A stretch of DNA of 64,000 bases from Candidatus Obscuribacterales bacterium (GCA_965228855.1 CBDDIJ010000002.1:2272001-2336000), one strand, 5' to 3'; shown: positions 29,049 to 39,296, numbered from the stretch's first letter. Program-made: numbers and translations. The notes: a model not told the origin generated them from the sequence alone.

Positions 29049-30278
29049 ATGGAATCGGAAACACAGAATCTCGGCACAGACACAACGTCTTCAGATAACA
29101 TTGCGGCCACGTCCTCTTCGGATGGTGTGGCTGCGACTGGTGGCGCTAAGAAAAAGGCGAAGAAGAAAGATTCGGGCTCCGACCTGGCATTTTTCGCCAG
29201 TTTCCCATGTATCGTGATTGCTATTGCGGCTGTTGCGGTGACAGTTGTCGGTTTTGTTCCGATGGGCTTCATCGGTTATATGTGTGCGAGTGTTCGTGCT
29301 CAGCTGATCATCGTACTGCTCATCTGCGCGGTGCCCCCGTTGTTTTCACCGCCGTTGCGTCTTCCCATGTTGATTACGTGCGTGGTATTCGCTGCCGTAA
29401 ATGCTGCTTTCGTTGTACCTTGCATGATACCTAAACCGGAACCGACCGGTGATGTGAAATCTCTACAAGTGCTGTCGACACGTGTGATGCAGCTCAGCAT
29501 CGATGATGAGGCTACTCCGATCGAGCCGATTGTCGAGCAAATTACGGCGCTGCACCCTGAGATCGTCTGCCTGACCGGCTCACCGATGCAGCCTCTGCTC
29601 AAATTGAGCGAACAGATGCCGCCGAATTACATGCATAGAGAAACTTTCCCCCGAGATGACGGCTATGCAATGGTTATTTATAGTCAGGTTCCGCTGAAGG
29701 GAACCAGGCTTAAAAAGGTCGGTCCAGCGAAACTACCTTTAGTGTCAACTACGATTCACTTCGATTACGGGTGGAACCGTTTGATCATGTTGAAGATGCC
29801 AGACCCGACGGACGATAAGAGCCTCGAAAAACGCAACGAACAGCTCGCTGCCTGTGCTAAGGCGATTAAAGAAATGAGCGGGCGAAAGATAGTCGTTGGA
29901 AATTTTAATACGACACCATATGCGGTGGCATTTGGATCCTTTCTCAAAGATGCCAATCTCGAGGATACACGTATAGGCGTTCAACCTAATTGGAATCTAG
30001 GTCCTATCGACCTTTTCGTGACTCACGTGCCGGCAGACCATATTCTGGCGACCAGCAATGTGTCTTTCAAGAGTCGGTACGTATGTGCTCCTATGGGTTT
30101 GAAACACCGACCGCTGCTTGGCGACTTCTATCCGAATACGAAGGAGAATGAGCCGTATACCGAAGAACCGGCAGAGCCCGCGGCAGAGACTGCAGTGCCA
30201 GCTACGGAGCCTGCTGCTGAATCAAAACCTCAAGCGGCTGATGAGAAGCCGAAGAAAAGACGCCGACGTGCCAAGTAG
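29049..30278 (+). CDS. Membrane-anchored endonuclease/exonuclease/phosphatase-fold protein (degenerate)
   Basis: Three N-terminal TM helices; PEIVCL, IVVGNFNTTP, ADHIL, HRPL resemble EEP/YafD-family motifs. Confidence 0.7.
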   Translation: MESETQNLGTDTTSSDNIAATSSSDGVAATGGAKKKAKKKDSGSDLAFFASFPCIVIAIAAVAVTVVGFVPMGFIGYMCASVRAQLIIVLLICAVPPLFSPPLRLPMLITCVVFAAVNAAFVVPCMIPKPEPTGDVKSLQVLSTRVMQLSIDDEATPIEPIVEQITALHPEIVCLTGSPMQPLLKLSEQMPPNYMHRETFPRDDGYAMVIYSQVPLKGTRLKKVGPAKLPLVSTTIHFDYGWNRLIMLKMPDPTDDKSLEKRNEQLAACAKAIKEMSGRKIVVGNFNTTPYAVAFGSFLKDANLEDTRIGVQPNWNLGPIDLFVTHVPADHILATSNVSFKSRYVCAPMGLKHRPLLGDFYPNTKENEPYTEEPAEPAAETAVPATEPAAESKPQAADEKPKKRRRRAK

Positions 30279-30351
30279 CAGTGCGCACAGAGATATTGTT
30301 GTTTGAATAGAACGTCCTGTAATCCTGGCGGCGCTTCAAGATTTCAATGGT

Positions 30352-31704
30352 TTATTGCCACTTGTTCTGATCTGTTTTCGCGATTGAACTTTGCGAAACT
30401 GCAGCTGCTAGTTTCTTATCTTCGCTGATAGCGTCCGTAATCAGGTTAACTAAACGATGACCGCCACTGGAGTTTAAATGCACAGTGTCCAGGTAATCCT
30501 TGCTGTCGAACCGTTCGTCAGCGGTAAGGTCTACGAATTTTGCACCATATTCGGTGGTGGTGCTGGACAGATAGTTGCGGAAATCCCCCCAGAATTTATC
30601 CGGAAGAAGTGCTCGGTTTGGCCACAAGCTTGGCATGCCGACCACAAGGACTTTGATATCCTGGTTTTTCAGATACGCCAGATATTCTTCGAAGAACTTC
30701 TTTTGACCGTTGAAAATTTGCGGATTCGAGTTCTTGTAGCGGGCTCTATATTCTTCCGTGTTATCTTTGAAAGCTCCCCACGAGCAGGCGACGACTCGCC
30801 ATTCACCAGGTTTTACGACGCCTTGATTCCCATAAATTGCCTTCAGTGCGTCGGTGTTTCCATCTGCCGAGGCTACCTCGCCAGCTGGTGACTTCGCCTC
30901 TGTGTCACCGGATTTGGTGTCAATAAATTTTGCATCGCCTGTCTGTGTCTTTCCATTGGCGATCGGTCCAATCGTCGTGACGGTGCCGTCTTCGGAAACG
31001 ACATCATTCGCGTTTGGTAGAAGTTTTTTGCTCGACTCGGGAAGCAGGGATGCGATCTTCTCGCCTATCAATTTCGTTGGAAGAGTTTCGTTTATTTTCC
31101 AGTCCATGAATGCAAATAGATCAGGAAATGCGGAGCCGCCCAATTTGTCTAGCTCTACGTAAGGGCTGAGGTAGCGAAACGCGTCGGTGGCACTTGCTGA
31201 CGGCATAGTGTTGTCGATGAAATCTCGCGGATTTACTCCGAGGACAACCAGTTTCGGTTTATGCTCCGAATTGAACAACGACTTCGCCATCATATACTGG
31301 TCGCTGCACATGGCGCCGCCCATGGACAGGTTGAACGTAGTCGGTTTGTGTCCTACTTTCTCACTGATTAAGGATGATGCGAGATCTGATTTTCGATGGG
31401 TGCATGTGTCGATAGCCTCGTTTAAAAACGCAGCTTCGCTTGCGTAAAGAGCTGAACCCATCTGGCTGCTTCCCATGAACACTACATCCGCATCGGTGCC
31501 GTCCATGATGTAGTTGCGCGTGATCCACCAGATCCAATTACCTTCCTGACGCTGTTCATTTGCTGATGTTTTGACAACGTCTGCGGTAAATTTGTTTTCC
31601 GTCTTGGGCAGGTATCCGGAAAGCGCGGCATTCAGACCGACGAACGCTAGCAGCGCAACTATCGTGCGACTGTTTATCAATTTGCGTTGTGTGTTTTCTG
31701 CCAT
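30352..31704 (-). CDS. SGNH-like (DUF1574/DltD/AlgJ-like) membrane-anchored acyltransferase, paralog 3
   Basis: N-terminal TM, FMGSSQM, LGVNPRDF, DTVHL. Confidence 0.75.
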   Translation of the reverse strand: MAENTQRKLINSRTIVALLAFVGLNAALSGYLPKTENKFTADVVKTSANEQRQEGNWIWWITRNYIMDGTDADVVFMGSSQMGSALYASEAAFLNEAIDTCTHRKSDLASSLISEKVGHKPTTFNLSMGGAMCSDQYMMAKSLFNSEHKPKLVVLGVNPRDFIDNTMPSASATDAFRYLSPYVELDKLGGSAFPDLFAFMDWKINETLPTKLIGEKIASLLPESSKKLLPNANDVVSEDGTVTTIGPIANGKTQTGDAKFIDTKSGDTEAKSPAGEVASADGNTDALKAIYGNQGVVKPGEWRVVACSWGAFKDNTEEYRARYKNSNPQIFNGQKKFFEEYLAYLKNQDIKVLVVGMPSLWPNRALLPDKFWGDFRNYLSSTTTEYGAKFVDLTADERFDSKDYLDTVHLNSSGGHRLVNLITDAISEDKKLAAAVSQSSIAKTDQNKWQ

Positions 31705-33057
31705 TTAGAGAGGAATATCCGTTTTGAATTCGTGGGGCGTAGCTTGTTTGGCAAGAGCTTTGCGGCGCTCCATATGATTGCCGGAGGCTTCCAATGCAAG
31801 CGTCGTGCTGAAGGTTCCGCTCATGATGTTTACGAGCTGGTGGAGGAATTTGTTGCCGCCGAATGCGTTCAAATGCACACCATCGTGATAATCGTTTTGC
31901 GTGTACAAGGCGAAATCGTTCAAATCGAACGCTGGAACTTTGTGCTCGACAGCCATTGTGCGAAGCGCATTGACATATCCCATGTATCGATAGGAACCGA
32001 GGACGCGAATATTGTCTAACGTGATCGGCATGTTTACTACGACGAGCTCAATTCGCTCACGTTTGCAAAGCTCAACCAGCTTCAGCAGGAAGTAGTGCTG
32101 AATCTTGTACATATGAAGATCGGGATTTTTGTAGCGTTCGCGATACTCTGGCGTGTTATCTGAGAAAGTCGGCGGCTCGTTCGGATCCTGTGGGTGGACG
32201 ACGACAGCCAGCGGATGAATCTCACCGGCTTTATATTCCGGAAGAAGTTTGATTCTGTCCCAGTACGTAAACTGTTTCTTGCCAATCGGTTTTGGAAACA
32301 CTTTGTCTAACACTGACTCGACTTTATCGTGAGCAAGCATGTGAATGTCGAGCGCGTTTTGATAAAGATAGCAATCGCGTTCGAGAATGAAGTTGAGTTT
32401 GTCCCACGGTGATTTGAACACCTTGCCCCAGCTGTCATCCAGGTTGACCAGTCTGTGCAGGAAGCGGAATGCTTCGGTATCGACCGGAGTGATCATGGAG
32501 CTGTCGTAAAAATCTCGGGGCGCTACACCGTAGACGACCACGTCAGGACGCTGATGTGTTTTGAGCATCGTCTGTAGTGTCATGTACGCATCAGACGGCA
32601 TTTGTCCCGGACCAGCCAGGTTGTATGTTTTAAACGTTCCGCCGAACTTTTCAGCCAACAGTTTGTCAAAGTAGATTGCATGGTGGTAGTTGGCGAGGTT
32701 CAACTCTTTCTGCATGTACATTGCGTCGGAGTTGTTGACCGCACTGACCATGAGTGAGGAACCTAGTAGAGCAACGTTATATTCGGCTTTGCTCTTGCGC
32801 AGGTCGTTGAACGTCCACCAGGCCCAGCCTTCATAAGGGAATTTGAATTTGTCGAAGTCGAACGGAGTTGTGAAACTCATCAACAAATTCGCCGCAATGA
32901 AAATTGCCAGTGCTACGTTGAATACGCTACGCCTACCGTCTTTGTACTTCCTGGTTGGCTCGTCTGGAACTTGCTCTGTGAGCGGCCCGACGTGGTCTTC
33001 TGCACGAATAGATTCGGCAAGAATTTCGATTGTGTTACGTGGAGCTTTGACGGTCAC
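31705..33057 (-). CDS. SGNH-like (DUF1574/DltD/AlgJ-like) membrane-anchored acyltransferase, paralog 2
   Basis: N-terminal TM, LLGSSLM, YGVAPRDF, DGVHL. Confidence 0.75.
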   Translation of the reverse strand: MTVKAPRNTIEILAESIRAEDHVGPLTEQVPDEPTRKYKDGRRSVFNVALAIFIAANLLMSFTTPFDFDKFKFPYEGWAWWTFNDLRKSKAEYNVALLGSSLMVSAVNNSDAMYMQKELNLANYHHAIYFDKLLAEKFGGTFKTYNLAGPGQMPSDAYMTLQTMLKTHQRPDVVVYGVAPRDFYDSSMITPVDTEAFRFLHRLVNLDDSWGKVFKSPWDKLNFILERDCYLYQNALDIHMLAHDKVESVLDKVFPKPIGKKQFTYWDRIKLLPEYKAGEIHPLAVVVHPQDPNEPPTFSDNTPEYRERYKNPDLHMYKIQHYFLLKLVELCKRERIELVVVNMPITLDNIRVLGSYRYMGYVNALRTMAVEHKVPAFDLNDFALYTQNDYHDGVHLNAFGGNKFLHQLVNIMSGTFSTTLALEASGNHMERRKALAKQATPHEFKTDIPL

Positions 33058-34508
33058 ATCGCACCGTCCTTCACTCCGGCAATTTGTTTTGCCGGGTTCA
33101 ACTGTTCGCTGCTTCCACCGCCTGGATTGGTTCGGCTGCTTGCATCGATTGAGTTAGCCGTTGATTGCGACGCGGCAATCGGGGCATCCAGACTCGCTAC
33201 TTGAGGCTCGGTATCATCATGTCGATTGATGTTGAATGATGAAATTATCTCGTGATTGTCGGCCAACTTCTTAGCGAGCATGTCCAGAAGGCGCGCGCCA
33301 CCACCGGAGTGCAGGTGAACCGTATCGCCGAAATCGGACAGCGGGAATTGTTTTGTCGCATAGAAATCGAAATAAGTAGCGCCTTTCGCTGCAGCCAGTT
33401 TTTCCAAGCTGGTTTTGTACTGTTCCCATGCTTTGTCCGAAATCAGTTGGCGGTTGATGTCGGTAATCGGCATGGCGAGAAGAACCACATGCGTGCCTCG
33501 GGCATTCGCTGTGTCGAGAATGTCTGTAAGGAATTGCATTTGCGATTCAAACGTATCTTGTTTGAGCGTTTTATATCGCTTTCTGTATTCGTCGATGTTG
33601 TCGACGAAGGGCGGGCGATTTTTTTCGTCAGTCGGGCGGAAGTAGCATTCTTTGAGGTTTATCTCAAAAGGATGATATTCGGGCAACAAGCCCCGGCGTT
33701 TGTCCGTGCTCGACGGCGTGACGTTTGGGAACGTGGCTACGAGGAAGTTATTGAACTGTCGCGAAATCGAAGTCATGATGTTTTCGCTTTCGCCCAGCGG
33801 GTAAATGGCGCGTGCGAGTTCGTAGGCGAGCCGTTCTTCCCACTTCGGAGCGATTAAATCTATGCGCTCGTTATAGTCGCCCAGACGGGAAAGGTAGCGG
33901 AACGGGTCCGTCGCTTTCGGGCTGGGCAAGAGGTTATCCATGAAGTCGCGAGGACCGACTCCGTAAACTATCACGTCGGGACGCTTTTCGTTTTTCAACA
34001 AAAACTTGGTGAGCAGATAGGCGTCCGAAGGCATCTCTCCTGGCAAGGCGAGGTTGAAAGTCTTGATGGAATCGCCCGAGTACTCTTTGAATTTCGATTC
34101 GAAGAAAATGCTCTTGTGATGTTTCGCGCCATCAATCGGCTTCTTTGTGAAGTCGGCATCGACGCCGTCAAGCGGCACCAGCATTAATGACGAGCCCAGG
34201 AAGACCAGGTTTGGAGTCGGTGTTTTGGGGTTGTTGTACTCTTTGATTGCCCATGAAGTCCAGGTTGGATACGGGAAATCTTCCGGATGTAGTGAGCCGA
34301 GTTTGGTTGCAGCCATCAACTGGCATGCAACCGCGAACATTGCCAATCCCCAGAGCGCAGTGCTGGCATAGACTCTGCGTCCGCCGCTCTTCTGCTCCGC
34401 AGCCTGAGGTTCGCACGCTGCCGGTCTACCGTCTAGGACGGCAGTCGAACTGCGTGGGATTCCTGCTGATTCTTTCGTCGGTACCGACATGGTTTGAGAC
34501 TCAGTCAT
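33054..34508 (-). CDS. SGNH-like (DUF1574/DltD/AlgJ-like) membrane-anchored acyltransferase, paralog 1
   Basis: TM segment, FLGSSLM, YGVGPRDF, DTVHL. Confidence 0.75.
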   Translation of the reverse strand: MTESQTMSVPTKESAGIPRSSTAVLDGRPAACEPQAAEQKSGGRRVYASTALWGLAMFAVACQLMAATKLGSLHPEDFPYPTWTSWAIKEYNNPKTPTPNLVFLGSSLMLVPLDGVDADFTKKPIDGAKHHKSIFFESKFKEYSGDSIKTFNLALPGEMPSDAYLLTKFLLKNEKRPDVIVYGVGPRDFMDNLLPSPKATDPFRYLSRLGDYNERIDLIAPKWEERLAYELARAIYPLGESENIMTSISRQFNNFLVATFPNVTPSSTDKRRGLLPEYHPFEINLKECYFRPTDEKNRPPFVDNIDEYRKRYKTLKQDTFESQMQFLTDILDTANARGTHVVLLAMPITDINRQLISDKAWEQYKTSLEKLAAAKGATYFDFYATKQFPLSDFGDTVHLHSGGGARLLDMLAKKLADNHEIISSFNINRHDDTEPQVASLDAPIAASQSTANSIDASSRTNPGGGSSEQLNPAKQIAGVKDGAM

Positions 34509-34511
34509 TAA

Positions 34512-35963
34512 TTAGAACTGGAAGTAGATGAATCTAGGCGAGCTGTCAGGGCTGAAGATGGTGAGCAAGCACATGAGTGCCACCATCACGCCGACCTGCA
34601 CCGCCCACGGTGGCCTTTGATAAAACTTCTTATCGTTGAGCCAATTGACTGCGAGGTGCGCGATCATCAGTCCGGGGATGAGGAACAGCAGTGATGGGAA
34701 GATTAGCGGATCGCGAATCTTGAGTACTTCAAGCTGGTTGAGACTGAAGCTGAATAGATCGATCGGTGCCGATGCCATTTTTGTGAGCATCTTCATTGCG
34801 ATGGTTACGGTGTCGGCACGGAAGAAAACCCAACCGACGCAGACGAAGTGGAAAGTAATGATCACAGACATTACGTGATAGACCTTGCTCTCGATGACGC
34901 TTTTGGGCACGCGCAGCATTTCTGTCAGGTGCTGCCATTCGCGGTGAAGAATCAAGATAACGCCTTGATAGACACCCCATACGAGGAAGTGCATCGCCGC
35001 GCCGTGCCAGAGACCACCAAGCGCCATTGTTATGAACAAATTGCGAGCGGTAAAGAAGCGATTTCCACGCGAGCCGCCTAATGGAATAAACAGATAGTCG
35101 CGCAGCCAGGTCGAAAGGCTTATGTGCCAGCGACGCCAGAAATCGGCCGCGTTTGACGCTATATAAGGAAGGTTGAAGTTGATCGGAACTTTATAGCCGA
35201 ACAACATTGCTGAACCGCGTGCGACGTCGGTATAACCAGCAAAGTCGAAGAAGATTTGAAACGCGAATGCGTAAGTGATCAACCAAAGGTCAACGGAGGA
35301 GAATTGCTCGGGATGTGTGAAACCGGCCTGAGCTACGAGGGCAAGGTTATCTGCGAGCAAAACCTTTTTTGCCAGACCAATGAGTATGAGGTGCATGCCT
35401 TCATCGACATATTCCCATTTGAATTTGCTCTTGATGTCGAGCTGCGGGATGAAGTCCTGGTAGCGCTTAATAGGACCGGCTATCTGGGTTGGGAAAAAGG
35501 ACGCGAATAGTGAGAAGTTCAGGAAATTCTTCACTAGAGGCTTACCGCGATAGACTTCGACTGCGTAGTGAATGAACTCGAAAACGAAGAACGAAATTCC
35601 AAGCGGCAGAATGATATGTAGATGTGGCTCTCGCCAGTCGATGCCACCCACAGCCAGACCGGACTTGATAGCGTCTACTGTGAAGTATGCGTATTTAAAG
35701 ATTCCGAGGGTGATCAGGTTGGCCGCTACAACGATTCCCAGCCAGAGCTTCTTGCGGGTGACCGATTTCGCAATCATCGGCACGAGCAGGAAGTTGCCCA
35801 GCGTCAAGCCAAAGATCAGGATTCCGTATATTGGCTTCCACGACATGTAGAACAAATAGCTTGCCACCAAAAGTAGTGGCACGCGCAATTTGTGCGGCGT
35901 GATCCAATAAAGTAAGAAAACGACCGGGAGAAAAACAAGGTACTGCAGGCTGTTAAATAGCAA
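34512..35963 (-). CDS. MBOAT O-acyltransferase (AlgI/DltB-like)
   Basis: MLFNS, LPLGISFF, FFPTQIAGPI, DFAGYTD, FWRRWHISLSTWLRDY, GLWHGA, FIYFQF; TTG start with AAGGAG RBS. Confidence 0.95.
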   Translation of the reverse strand: MLFNSLQYLVFLPVVFLLYWITPHKLRVPLLLVASYLFYMSWKPIYGILIFGLTLGNFLLVPMIAKSVTRKKLWLGIVVAANLITLGIFKYAYFTVDAIKSGLAVGGIDWREPHLHIILPLGISFFVFEFIHYAVEVYRGKPLVKNFLNFSLFASFFPTQIAGPIKRYQDFIPQLDIKSKFKWEYVDEGMHLILIGLAKKVLLADNLALVAQAGFTHPEQFSSVDLWLITYAFAFQIFFDFAGYTDVARGSAMLFGYKVPINFNLPYIASNAADFWRRWHISLSTWLRDYLFIPLGGSRGNRFFTARNLFITMALGGLWHGAAMHFLVWGVYQGVILILHREWQHLTEMLRVPKSVIESKVYHVMSVIITFHFVCVGWVFFRADTVTIAMKMLTKMASAPIDLFSFSLNQLEVLKIRDPLIFPSLLFLIPGLMIAHLAVNWLNDKKFYQRPPWAVQVGVMVALMCLLTIFSPDSSPRFIYFQF

Positions 35964-36225
35964 ACTAAGTTCTCCTTGGACTCCAAAACGTGAGCAGTGC
36001 GCCGTCCAGATAAGTTTTCAATGGATAGCGAGTCACATGATATCGGCTTGTTTTCAAGAATTCCAGAAGCCCGCGCCTGTCTTTACTTAAAACGTTTATA
36101 GTACTGGCTGCTGACCTTCTGAATGCAGGCAGAGCAGGCAGTCTTGAGTGCTTGACTACGCACAAAAGTGCAGATTAGAAGAATGAAGTTGTAAGGAGAA
36201 AAACACAAACCGCGCCCACAGGATG

Positions 36226-36265
36226 CTTGATTAATTCGCTCAAACTTGAGCGAGGTTTAATCGAG
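36226..36265. other. Stem-loop/palindrome downstream of the metalloprotease gene and upstream of the MBOAT operon
   Basis: TCGCTCAA-AC-TTGAGCGA perfect 8-bp arms (36236-36253), flanked by CTTGATTAA/TTAATCGAG; no adjacent U-tract on the minus strand. Confidence 0.45.
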
Positions 36266-36272
36266 GCGTTCC

Positions 36273-37298
36273 TCATAGCTTCAGCTTTGCTTTAACGAAT
36301 CGCTTAACGCGAGGCATGCTTTGTGAGACCATTTGCGCGTCGTTGTCATTCTTGCCTATCAGACCGGCGACCGTTTCCGCGCAAGCCTCGCCGGGGTCGA
36401 TATAGTAATTGAGTTGACTGCGAACGTCGTCCGGCATGTCGTTGACATCGAGCTTTAGCATGGCGGCAAAACTTGGATCCTTGGAAATTGAACCAAGACA
36501 GTCGTCTACGGCATGACCTATTTCGTGCAAGGAAGTGTCTTTTATCTCGTGAGCTGGACGAATATCCTTGAGGTCCGTCGTCCCACGTACCTGTGCGCGT
36601 TCGTACACATGAATATCGCGTCCATAAGTCCGGCCGACTTCCTCACCCATCGTTGTTGTCGACGAGCCCGGCTTCATGCCATCTCCAGAGCCCGGCCATT
36701 TGTCGATGATATTAGGCGCGAGAGTGAAAGTGGCGTTGTTATCGTCAAGTATGCTTATCACTTGTGGTGGTAGGTTCAGTATTACGTCCCGTACTGTGGT
36801 GAGAGTTCCCTGGCTTATTGGTTGGTGACCGAACTTTGGCGGATAGCAGGTCAGTTTATCAATGAACTTGTTCTTCTTCGCATTAGCAGGTGGGGGGGCA
36901 GCTGCACTTGCCGTTTCTGCTGGTTTTGTGGGAGTTGCGACCGGAAGAGGTTTTATCTTGCGTAGAGCGAACTGGGCATGAACTGCCTCCGGCGAGGTCG
37001 GAAACTTCGCCACCAGCGAACGGTAAACGCTTATCGCGCGCGTTTTGTCATTAGTTGCAGCGTACGAGTGACCTAAGTAGAGCCATGCTGTAGCACTTCC
37101 TTTGCCGTTTGCCACTAATTCGTGGAATAGTTGTGCTGCACTCTTATAGTCCGCTTTTTTGTAGGCTTCGACGGCTGCTTTGTAGGCATCTCCGGCGACT
37201 TCTGCTGACGATGCCGCACAAAGTGAACTTACGCCGACGATAGCCATTGATGCACAAAATAATCTGACTTTCATCCGCGCTCCTGTGACAGGCATCAC
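36273..37298 (-). CDS. Secreted TPR + zinc metallopeptidase (anthrax lethal factor/PPEP-1-like fold)
   Basis: Signal peptide (likely start 37274), TPR pair, Pro/Ala linker, LHEIGHAVD and downstream EACAE. Confidence 0.75.
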   Translation of the reverse strand: MMPVTGARMKVRLFCASMAIVGVSSLCAASSAEVAGDAYKAAVEAYKKADYKSAAQLFHELVANGKGSATAWLYLGHSYAATNDKTRAISVYRSLVAKFPTSPEAVHAQFALRKIKPLPVATPTKPAETASAAAPPPANAKKNKFIDKLTCYPPKFGHQPISQGTLTTVRDVILNLPPQVISILDDNNATFTLAPNIIDKWPGSGDGMKPGSSTTTMGEEVGRTYGRDIHVYERAQVRGTTDLKDIRPAHEIKDTSLHEIGHAVDDCLGSISKDPSFAAMLKLDVNDMPDDVRSQLNYYIDPGEACAETVAGLIGKNDNDAQMVSQSMPRVKRFVKAKLKL

Positions 37299-37310
37299 TT
37301 TTGCGGGCGA

Positions 37311-38033
37311 TTAGCCGCCGGATTTACTGGACTTGCTGAAACCTTCGGGTATGAGCTGATAGCCGCCGCCATAGACGGTTTTGATGTATTTGCGGTCGCC
37401 TGCTTCGAGGCGGGTTCGAAGGTGTCTGATGTGGACTCGAATTGTGTCGACATCGTCGTCAGGCGAATAACCCCAGACTTCTTCCAGAAGTTTGCCGGTG
37501 CTGACGGTTTGACCGTGGTGTTGCATCAGGCAATGCAAAATTTCAAATTCGGTAGGAGTCAATTTGACGATCCGCTCTCCCACCTTGGCTTGCAGGTTCT
37601 CAGGAATGAGCGTGATTTCGCCTGCCGTAAGTATTTCCGGCAGCGTCGCTGAATGTGGCACTGAGCCAGCACGTCGAAGAAGTGCTCTGACCCGGACTTG
37701 CAGCTCCGGAATTTCAAATGGTTTCACCAGGTAGTCGTCTGCGCCGGAATCAAATCCGGTGACCTTATCTTTGGTCATCCCCAGGGCCGTGAGCATCAAA
37801 ATTGGAATTGGATGCGTCTGGGGGTTTTGACGCAGTCGCTGGCAGACGGTGAAGCCGTCGAGGTCCGGCATCATGACATCGAGAACGACCATGTCCGGAT
37901 GATTCTGCTGCGCGAGTGCCAGGCCCTTTATGCCGTCGCTGGCGGTTTCAACGTGATGTCCAAGCAACTCAAGGTTGATCTTTACGAGTTCCGCGATGGC
38001 GTGGTCATCGTCTATTACTAGAATTCTTGCCAA
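37311..38033 (-). CDS. rpaA: OmpR-family response regulator, RpaA ortholog
   Basis: [32 protein letters not shown]...[47 protein letters not shown] match the cyanobacterial RpaA sequence as I recall it. Confidence 0.88.
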   Translation of the reverse strand: MARILVIDDDHAIAELVKINLELLGHHVETASDGIKGLALAQQNHPDMVVLDVMMPDLDGFTVCQRLRQNPQTHPIPILMLTALGMTKDKVTGFDSGADDYLVKPFEIPELQVRVRALLRRAGSVPHSATLPEILTAGEITLIPENLQAKVGERIVKLTPTEFEILHCLMQHHGQTVSTGKLLEEVWGYSPDDDVDTIRVHIRHLRTRLEAGDRKYIKTVYGGGYQLIPEGFSKSSKSGG

Positions 38034-38057
38034 TGTCCTCTCCGCATCTAGGTGAAA

Positions 38058-39296
38058 TTAGTCAGTCCGAGTAACCGCTAATTTTACTGGAATTTTCATG
38101 ATTCGCGGACCTTTATCGGCGTCATTCCGCAGAACTGTGAGATTCACCACTTGACCTGGGTCCTTCTTTTCGACATACGAAAGCAAGTCGTCGACCTGGC
38201 GGACCTCTATATTGTCAACCGCGACTATCAGATCTGCGAGGTTGCGATCCATCTGGCGCATTACAATTCCGCCTCCGAGGTTGTAGACCACAAGCTTTGG
38301 AACTCTCAAACCCGCTTCGGCGGAAGGTCCCTTGGGATCGAGTTGCATGACGCGCAATCCGAAAATGGCGCCGGTTCTGGTTCTCACGCCTTCCGGGTGA
38401 AGAAGCACAATACCCATGTCCGGGCGTTTGACTATGCCGTGCTTGATCAACTCAGGCACAATCGTTTTCGTAATATTTGCGGGGATCGCCAGACCAATGC
38501 CGGCCGATTGTCCGGAGCGACTCAGAATTGCAGTTGTAATACCGATAACTTTTCCCTGGGTGTCGAGCAGCGGACCACCGGAGTTACCCGGATTTATAGC
38601 CGCATCTGTTTGAATAATGCCTTTGATCAAACGTTTATTGGGCGTTGTGAACGTTCTATTCAAACTGGATACGATGCCCTGTGTCATCGTGTGATCCAGA
38701 CCAAATGGATTTCCGATCGCGAAGACGCGGCGACCCGGCTGTAAGTTCGATGAGTCGCCCCATTCGACGTAGTTGAACTTGCGACCAGCCTCAGCTTGAA
38801 TCTTAATAACAGCCAAATCGTTGGACGGGTCTTTGCCGATAACGCGAGCCGGAAGGCTCGTGCCGTCGAAGAATGTAACCTTAACTGCGTCCGCATCACC
38901 AGTCACGTGGTTGTTGGTTACGATATGTCCTTCCGGGCTGATTACGACTCCGGAGCCGATGCCCTCTTGATTGTCGTGTCCGTAAAAATAGACTTGCTCG
39001 GCTGTAGCAAGCGGCGCAATGTTGACGACTGCTCTATAGGACTTCTCGTAGACGCTCACGTTGACCTTTTCGTCAGGTGTAAGTCCGGCAGTGCTTATTG
39101 ATTTTGGCGAATGCGACAACGTGGATTTTCCGACCGGCTTGGTCAATGTTTTTTTCGTAGCTGTCGACTTAGTTCCCGTTGACTGTGCTGCTGAAGCTGG
39201 CGTCGACAGACCTGTGGGTGCCAACGTCGCGGCGATGATTAGCATAGTCGCAAGCGACGAAACGCTACGCTCTGTGACCTTCTTGAACATACTCAT
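38058..39296 (-). CDS. HtrA/DegP-family serine protease with one PDZ domain
   Basis: Signal peptide; GSG, TNNHV, DLAV, IQTDAAINPGNSGGPL. Confidence 0.93.
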   Translation of the reverse strand: MSMFKKVTERSVSSLATMLIIAATLAPTGLSTPASAAQSTGTKSTATKKTLTKPVGKSTLSHSPKSISTAGLTPDEKVNVSVYEKSYRAVVNIAPLATAEQVYFYGHDNQEGIGSGVVISPEGHIVTNNHVTGDADAVKVTFFDGTSLPARVIGKDPSNDLAVIKIQAEAGRKFNYVEWGDSSNLQPGRRVFAIGNPFGLDHTMTQGIVSSLNRTFTTPNKRLIKGIIQTDAAINPGNSGGPLLDTQGKVIGITTAILSRSGQSAGIGLAIPANITKTIVPELIKHGIVKRPDMGIVLLHPEGVRTRTGAIFGLRVMQLDPKGPSAEAGLRVPKLVVYNLGGGIVMRQMDRNLADLIVAVDNIEVRQVDDLLSYVEKKDPGQVVNLTVLRNDADKGPRIMKIPVKLAVTRTD

